The position numbers and the translations under genes are program-made. Below the pieces are notes generated by a model. It was not told where the DNA came from. It was given only the letters and a program-made list of their open reading frames with translations, and made no database searches. A stretch of DNA of 64,000 bases from Phycisphaerae bacterium (GTDB lineage: Bacteria; Planctomycetota; Phycisphaerae; UBA1845; Fen-1342): NCBI GenBank assembly GCA_963675745.2, contig CAXXWX010000007.1, positions 32,001-96,000 on the forward strand, in the 5' to 3' direction. This document shows, piece after piece, positions 57,829 to 64,000 of this stretch. How positions within the stretch are numbered: the stretch's first letter is position 1; each line of letters starts with the position of its first letter.

Positions 57829-58797
57829 TCAGAACCACCAGGCCTCGCCGGCCTTGTCCTTGATCATCACGGATCTCAGGTAGGTAACCGCTTTCTCAAA
57901 CCCCTCTTGCACGCTCATCAGGCAGTCTTCATGCTCGATGCTGATGACGCCGTCATAGCCCTTTTGCCGCAACATGCTGACAAATGGCTTCCAGAATTCG
58001 TCGCCATGGCCGTAGCCGCACGTGCGGAAGACCCAGCTACGGCGATCAAGCAGCCCATAGCTCTTGGCGTCGAGCGTCCCGTTGATGCGGGTGTTGTGCG
58101 TATCGATCGCCGTGTCCTTGCCGTGGACATGAAAGATGCACTGCGCATCACCGAACACGCGCGCCGCTTCGATCGGGTCAATCCCCTGCCAGAAAAAGTG
58201 CGACGGGTCCAGGTTGGCGCCGAGCTGGTCACCGGCGGCGGCCCGCAGTTTCAGCAGAGTCTCCGGGTTGTAGACACAGAATCCCGGGTGCGCCTCGAAG
58301 GCGATTTTCACACCCGCGTCGCGCGCCTCCTGGTTTTTCTTGCTCCAGAACGGGACCAGCACATCGTCCCACTGGTACTTCTGGATCGCCAGATATTCGT
58401 CGGGCCAGGCACAGGTGACCCAATTGGGTTGCTTGTCGTCGGGGCTGCCGCCGGGGCAGCCTGAGAATGTGATCACGACATCGGTGCCGAGTTTGGGGGC
58501 GAGCTGGATGGCAACGTCGTGCTCGCGCGCGTGCTGCGCCGCAAGGTCGGCGTTCGGGCTGACGGCGTTACCGTGTACGGCCAACCCGATGATCTCCAAC
58601 CCGCGCTGCTTCACGTCCTCGATGATTCTTTGCTGGGCGGCCTTGTCACGTAGCACCTCTTCCGGGTCAAAAAACGGCTTTCCCGGATACGCGCCGACGG
58701 GGATTTCTATCGCGTCGAGGCCCACCTGCTTGCAGTAGTCGAGCGCTTTGTCCCAGCCCATCTGGCCGAGGCCGGCTCCCATGACGCCCAGTTTCAT
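57829..58797 (-). CDS. Sugar phosphate isomerase/epimerase (IolE/xylose-isomerase-like TIM barrel)
   Basis: EAHPG, NLDPSH, HVHGKD, SIEHED. Confidence 0.9.
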   Translation of the reverse strand: MKLGVMGAGLGQMGWDKALDYCKQVGLDAIEIPVGAYPGKPFFDPEEVLRDKAAQQRIIEDVKQRGLEIIGLAVHGNAVSPNADLAAQHAREHDVAIQLAPKLGTDVVITFSGCPGGSPDDKQPNWVTCAWPDEYLAIQKYQWDDVLVPFWSKKNQEARDAGVKIAFEAHPGFCVYNPETLLKLRAAAGDQLGANLDPSHFFWQGIDPIEAARVFGDAQCIFHVHGKDTAIDTHNTRINGTLDAKSYGLLDRRSWVFRTCGYGHGDEFWKPFVSMLRQKGYDGVISIEHEDCLMSVQEGFEKAVTYLRSVMIKDKAGEAWWF

Positions 58798-58951
58798 CTG
58801 CCCGATCTCCGAAACACGTCGCGTGTGTCACAAACTCAAGCGGACACTTTAACCGCCCGCTCGGCTCACGACAACGGGCCGGAGTGTTGGGGGTCGCGGG
58901 GGTGCGTGACACTTGCGGCGGGACGTTGGCAGCGGTGGTCCGGTGAAGCTT

Positions 58952-59484
58952 GCCCCAGAGGGGCATGGGGCCGGTGCCACGGGTGCAGCGCAGCGTAACC
59001 CGTGAGCACGGTCTGCTCAGCCGCGACTCTTCGCCCTGAAGGGGCGCAGGCGCATGGCCACGGGTGCAGCGCAGCGCAACCCGTGGATAGGATGCGGGTT
59101 GACATGTCATTCCGCCCCGCAGGGGCGGGGGAGGCGCGCAGGCCGGGGACCTTCACGCGATTGCTCTATCACGTGGCCTTCAGCACCAAGCACCGCGCCG
59201 ACCTCATCGCCACGGAGCTGCAACCACGCCTGTACGAGCACGTCGCAGTTCGGGATCGTGCGGCGATATATCCAAGTTCAGGCGGCGCATCATGGTCGAC
59301 GAGGATTCGTGGAGGAGCCGAAGGCGTTGCTGGACGCACACGGGATCGAGCACGACGCGCGATACCTGGAGGGCTGAGCGCATCTTCCGCCGCCCCTGCG
59401 GGGCGGAGAGCTTGTGGTGGCGGACCGTGTCCACGGGTTCCGCTGCGCTCCACCCGTGGCTACGCGCCCACGCTCCTCCGGAGC
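58952..59484 (+). mobile_element. Internally deleted IS200/RAYT-type tnpA remnant within REP-like palindromes
   Basis: 59143-~59245 reads PGTFTRLLYHVAFSTKHR...RLYE. In another frame ~59255-59377 reads VRRYIQVQAAHH...F.EE...LL..HGIE.D.RY. The HUH core is absent. Flanked by CCACGGG..GCGCAGCG..CCCGTGG and GCCCC.GGGGC hairpins. Confidence 0.8.
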
Positions 59485-59610
59485 GAAACGCTCGTGCCCG
59501 GGCCGCTGGCACGGATGACCACACGCCGCCGATTCTGTCACGGGCCCGCTCACGGGGAAGTGGTGGGACGCAACCGGCGGCGACTGCTCGCCTGCTGTTC
59601 TTTCACGATT

Positions 59611-59793
59611 GTCCCGGAGGGACATTTGACTGTAGCCCAGCACGCAGTGCTGGGATTGGATCGCGTAACCGCCCGCCAAGTCCCGTACGGGACGACTGAA
59701 AGTTCAGCCGTCCCGATGGGACTCGGTTTCTACGTGGCCGCAACTGCCCCAGCACTGCGTGCTGGGCTACGTTCACTGCGTCGCTGCGGGACG
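59611..59793. repeat. Second REP/REPIN-like composite palindrome
   Basis: GTAGCCCAGCACGCAGTGCTGGG and its inverse CCCAGCACTGCGTGCTGGGCTAC, plus 3-4 GTCCC...GGGAC hairpins. Confidence 0.75.
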
Positions 59794-59895
59794 GCCCGGC
59801 TGCGACCAGTCGATTGTCTCACGCCCCTCGATCCAGTGCAACGTCAACGGATGACGGCGTGGCCGGCGGCGCACCCCTGCGCGTCCGGCCGGCGC

Positions 59896-61300
59896 CTACT
59901 CACCCGCCTCCAGTGTCACATTGTCCTGCTCGTGCAGGTGCCCCTGTAGAAAGACCAGGTGGTAGGGCAGGTCTGCCTTGTCGCCGGCGGCGATCCGGGA
60001 CGTGAATTGCGGGCTACGGTAATCGTGGAGCACCGGGTCCAGGTCGCTGCGAAAAATCACGTGGCCGGCAAACGTCCGCCGCAGTTCCACGTCGATCGGC
60101 TTCGCGCGGTAATTGCGGATTCGCTCCACCCACAGCTCGTGCTCCTTCCAGCCCGCGACCTTGTCGTCCACCCTGATCTTGTGCCCACTGTCCGGGCTGT
60201 AATAGACGTTCATGCCGTTGCGGCGATACCAGAAGTCATCACGCCAGGTCTTCAGCCGGATCAGCTCATGGATGACCTCCGGGTCGACGCCCAGATTCAG
60301 CACGATCTCCTGTCCGATCGGCACATACTCGATCCGCTGTTGCGCCAGACACGAAAGTCCGTCGTGGCCGTTGTCGCGGTAAAGCCGCACGATTCCATCC
60401 GGCAGCGGGGTCGTGCCGAGGTCGCTGGCCTCGTCGTTGCGCAACAGGAACAGCCGCACCAGCGCTTCGCCATATTCCGCCGGTCGGTAGCGATACTGAA
60501 TGTTAAACGGCACGCGTTTGCCCTGGAATGAGCGCATGCGCTTGGACCACGCGTGTTTGACGGTCTCGGTGCCGTCGATGGTGTAGATGAAGTACTCGCT
60601 GAGGCCCTCCTTGACGATCTCCTTGGGCGCCGTGGCGGCCATCCGCGCCGCGGCCATATCCATCAACTCACCACGGGCCACGCCTTTGAACTCGCGCGCC
60701 AGTACAACCCCTTCTCGATAGGCCCGTTCCTGTTCAGGCTGGATCAGGCCGCGCTGGGCCAACTCCGCGACTTTCTCCACGAGGTTGATCGTGCCGACGA
60801 CCAGGCGAATCTGCGCGTCGGCGTAGTCCTCGCCGGAGTTATTCGTGATGCGCACGAATCCCTCGAAGTGCATGCTTTCCTCGCCCGGATCGGCGATGCA
60901 GACGTAGTCCGCCGACCAGGAGATACCGCTCGTGAAGTAGGTAATCTCCACGACCGCGTCGCCGTCGAAGCCGCTACGCACATTCCAATACAGCATCTGC
61001 GGCTTGTCGTGCGGAAAGGTCGTGTCGAGCAGGTCGAGGGTGTCGGCGTGAGTCTTGAAACGCAGATCCACACTGGTCGGGTCGATCAGCGTGTTGGCCC
61101 ACGAGAACTGGAGCGCGTTGACGCCCACCTTGAACGTGATGTGCCGCGTCTCGCGAACCAGCGTGAGATCCTCGCTGTTGTAGATGGTCAGTTGCACCGT
61201 ATCGCGCGGGGGGATCGTCGAAAGGTCGATGTTCTTGCCGGCGGCGCTCGATACCAGTGCCAGCACCAGAGCGCTTGAGACTGATTGACGCGTATCGCAT
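59896..61300 (-). CDS. Secreted DUF4139-like protein, apparently frameshifted in its signal peptide (~61276)
   Basis: VQLTIYN..LTLVRE.R, ISW.A.Y, A...LV.G.IN, LP.G.VRLY; the RBS AAAGGAG and ATG 61300 are one base out of frame with the body. Confidence 0.75.
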
Positions 61301-61315
61301 GACGATTGCTCCTTT

Positions 61316-62503
61316 CTACCATTCGTTCCTGATGAGTACATGGAGCAAATGAACCTGCTTCTCGGCTTGCTGGTCGTCGCCGCGCGGCGGTAACGACACA
61401 TGGCACAGGATGCGATCGGCGGTTGTTTTGTCGCCGTCCAACATCTCCGCCAGCGTGCTCTCGCCGCCCAGCTCCCACTGAATCCTGCGGTTGCCACCAA
61501 TGCCGAGCTCCTTACGCAGCTCCGGCAGCCACTCGGCGACGTCGAGCACGACGGGCTGATCCTTGAAGTTCTCGATCTCGTACTTGACCACGATGTCGTA
61601 GTCGTGCAGATCGCCGAAGACGCGCCTCTTTTGAAAGCGATCGATGGTGCGTTTGACCACGATGTCTTTGGCGACGCCCAGGTACAGCTCCATCTCGTCA
61701 TCGCGCGGCGTGAACTCGCCCCAATCCTCGCCGATGAAGGCGGTCGTGCCGCGCCCGTCGTCCTGGAAGATGCGCACCTTGCCAAACATAAGTGGAAAGC
61801 GACCCAGGCCGTGGGCGGCGTCATTCTTCAGCACGTAGTGCATCGGGATACGCAGTTGCTGTTTGCCGGCGTTGAGATATCCATGCACGGCCAGATCGGC
61901 GGTGTAGGTTTTCTTGATGGGGACGTCCACGAACTTGGCCGCGAGCATGCGCTTGGTTTCGTTGATACCGATCGGCCGCTCGAAACGCTCGCCGAAGCCG
62001 GCCCACATGCCCGCCGTGCCGAATTCCTCGTTGGCGTTGTTGTGAAGCTGGATGTACTGCCAGAGCGTGAGCGTCTTCTCGTCGTGGGCGGCGACGGCGC
62101 GATAGGCAAACGACTTATCGAGCTGCCCGATGATGTAGCTGATGCGCACCCGGGCCGGACCCGACGCGGGGGCATAGACTTCCCAGGTGAGGGCATTTTC
62201 GTTCGGCGGGTACGATGCTGAAATGACCTTGATGTTCTCCGGGTCGGTCAGACAGCGTAGCTGGATGCTGTGCTTGTCAATTGCGGCGATCGCCCAGGCG
62301 AAGACGACCTCATTGGCACCGGCCACCAGCGGCACGATGCGCTCCTCTTCGACAAGCGTCACCTGGGGATTATCAAGCTGCACCTCGACCCGCTCGCGCA
62401 CCGGCAGCGTGATCAACTTGATCCCGGCCAGCGCAGGCGCCGCCAGGCCGACCCCGATAACCAAGACGATTGCTGCCGCTTTGGTAAAGCTGCAAGTTTT
62501 CAT
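61316..62503 (-). CDS. Secreted DUF4139-like protein (paralog)
   Basis: Signal peptide, TLVEE.R...G.N...F.W, LG..PL..G.VRIF..DG; GGAGG RBS. Confidence 0.8.
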   Translation of the reverse strand: MKTCSFTKAAAIVLVIGVGLAAPALAGIKLITLPVRERVEVQLDNPQVTLVEEERIVPLVAGANEVVFAWAIAAIDKHSIQLRCLTDPENIKVISASYPPNENALTWEVYAPASGPARVRISYIIGQLDKSFAYRAVAAHDEKTLTLWQYIQLHNNANEEFGTAGMWAGFGERFERPIGINETKRMLAAKFVDVPIKKTYTADLAVHGYLNAGKQQLRIPMHYVLKNDAAHGLGRFPLMFGKVRIFQDDGRGTTAFIGEDWGEFTPRDDEMELYLGVAKDIVVKRTIDRFQKRRVFGDLHDYDIVVKYEIENFKDQPVVLDVAEWLPELRKELGIGGNRRIQWELGGESTLAEMLDGDKTTADRILCHVSLPPRGDDQQAEKQVHLLHVLIRNEW

Positions 62504-62789
62504 CGCCGCACCTCCGCACAAGCGTGATTGAAAAGCCCACTTGAAAGCACCTCGGCACACCGCCGCGGCTCCTTGGCGTGGCGTGCCAGAGGTTAGTCGC
62601 ACAAAGGCGCTGAAGGTTCCCGAGATTCAGGCCGGGTGCTCCATGGGTGCCTGGTGGTTGCAGAGGGTGCCCCTCGGCTCGCCGTGGGGGACGGATGGCG
62701 GTCAGTGCGCGCAAAGACGCGGGCGGTTCGTGATCGAACCGCCCGCGCCGTGCTCACTGTCAACCCAGCAGGAGAAATCTGTCGAGGGC

Positions 62790-63338
62790 CTATCTCCGAT
62801 AGCCGCGGATCACGGCCCGGCTTGTGCGGAGGTGTGCGCTGCGCGTCGCGCGGTAGTCGCGGGAGTGCGTGACAGCAATCACTCGCCCGTGGCCGGAGGT
62901 CTTGCCGGTGGCGATCGACGCGGCACCGGTGCGATGGCGGCTTGCATACGTGCTGCCGCTGGTGGCGACCTGCTTGTCACGCCCGCCGTTGGCGGCAGAG
63001 AGCCCGAAGCTGACGGAGTTTCCGCCGTCGCGATTGATGCTCATGTTGAAATTGGTGGCGATGGCGGGCCCGTTCTTGGGCGCGATGGCGTTGCTGACCG
63101 AGATGCTCAGGCCATCCCGGTCGGCGCCGACCGCCACGCCGCGGGCGATGTTGACGTTACCGGTGCGCGTGTCGGTGCGGGCGTAGCCTTTGTCGCCGGT
63201 ATAGCTGGCGGTCGCGCCGGCGTTGCCGCCGCTGTAGCGGTTGTAGCCGGCGGTGGCGGAGGTCGAGGCGTCGCTGGCGTAAGCTGCGGATGCCGTCAGA
63301 AAAGCAAAGGTCGCGAAAGTGGCAGTCAGGCGTTTCAT
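62790..63338 (-). CDS. Secreted Gly/Ala/Ser/Thr-rich low-complexity protein
   Basis: AGGAG RBS, signal peptide MKRLTATFATFAFLTASAAYA, alternating small residues. Confidence 0.75.
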   Translation of the reverse strand: MKRLTATFATFAFLTASAAYASDASTSATAGYNRYSGGNAGATASYTGDKGYARTDTRTGNVNIARGVAVGADRDGLSISVSNAIAPKNGPAIATNFNMSINRDGGNSVSFGLSAANGGRDKQVATSGSTYASRHRTGAASIATGKTSGHGRVIAVTHSRDYRATRSAHLRTSRAVIRGYRR

Positions 63339-63475
63339 TTCATGGCTCCTTGTGGGTTGCAAGTGCTGTCGTCGGGAGGGGGCGGGCGTGGGCCGCCCCC
63401 CGAGGGCCGCGCCAGGTACCATTGCCCGACGCGGCCGGGCGAATCACCGGTTGAAAACCGGTGCCACATTACGCA

Positions 63476-64000
63476 TTACGGTCGCACGCTGATCATCATC
63501 GCGCTGGAGTTGCTGCGGCCGAAACGGGCCGCCCGACTCTCCGCGTGTACATCAGCCCGGCTGTGGCGGTAGTAGCGACTGGAACTGATACCAACACCGT
63601 CAGCCGTTGCCCGGGCGCGGTAGCCGGCGTCGCTGAGCACCTTCACGCGACTGTCCGCGTGTCCGCCAACCGAATTCGAGAGCGCGTCACTGACGCTGCT
63701 CGCCCGACCGCCGAGGTAGCCGCGGCTCACGGCCCGGCTGTCGCTCGTCGCGACGCCATAGATGCTCAGCGCCGTCGAGGTCGACCGGCTGTGCGCCCGG
63801 CCGTAGAGCGTCCCTTCGGAGCGGGCCTCGCTGTTGCTGATGGCCACTCCGCCAACGGTCGCGGCGATGCTCTCACTGTCCGCGACGGCCCGGCCGCCGT
63901 ACGTTCCACGGGCATCGGCAACGGAATTACTGATCGCCAGCCCGTGATCGGCGGTGGCGACCGACGTGCTGTCGGCCGCGCCGCGGCGATTGGCGTATGC
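63476..64000 (-). CDS. Ala/Ser/Gly-rich ~15-aa repeat protein, 3' part only
   Basis: Frame is open from the window edge to the stop at 63476; repeats of the form G.A.S.S.A.S. Confidence 0.75.
   Translation of the reverse strand, partial: AYANRRGAADSTSVATADHGLAISNSVADARGTYGGRAVADSESIAATVGGVAISNSEARSEGTLYGRAHSRSTSTALSIYGVATSDSRAVSRGYLGGRASSVSDALSNSVGGHADSRVKVLSDAGYRARATADGVGISSSRYYRHSRADVHAESRAARFGRSNSSAMMISVRP

Noticed and set aside
50631..59793. CRISPR array
   Set aside because: The repeats are irregular palindromes or two-copy duplications without unique regular spacers, and no cas genes are present
59002..59949. 315-aa ORF as an intact transposase
   Set aside because: Only ~33 aa resemble TnpA; the rest is translated palindromic repeat
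63338..63343. ATG-AAA-TGA mini-uORF overlapping the start codon
   Set aside because: Only 2 nt from the RBS, whereas spacing fits the main ATG; probably incidental

Overview
GC-rich chromosomal window, most likely from a Planctomycete (Phycisphaerae-like). This is inferred from tandem OmcB-like DUF11 proteins, a dockerin-tailed peptidase, an enlarged SecA, a membrane Ser/Thr kinase, an Asn-tipped EF-P and a GT3 glycogen synthase. Housekeeping genes are gcvT, UDG, a cold-shock protein, selB (frameshifted), proC, mnmA, ftsY-nusB-ribH, apt, secA and efp. The rest are mostly envelope or secreted-protein genes, several REP-like palindrome families and a decayed IS200-type tnpA. The best candidate for an undescribed system is a ~1.1 kb ORF-poor gap at 30057-31154. 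It holds a strong promoter, a ~165-200 nt rod-shaped RNA, a terminator and then a second ~470 nt nested multi-helix segment. Other highlights: SecA with two N-terminal transmembrane helices, a duplicated secA 3' end bracketing a PadR mini-island with its operator, a PxCGxG-TM-Arg C-terminal sorting signal on two unrelated proteins, a five-gene lipoprotein/FG-GAP operon and amyloid-like Ala/Ser repeat proteins. All calls were made by eye; no database searches or folding programs were run.
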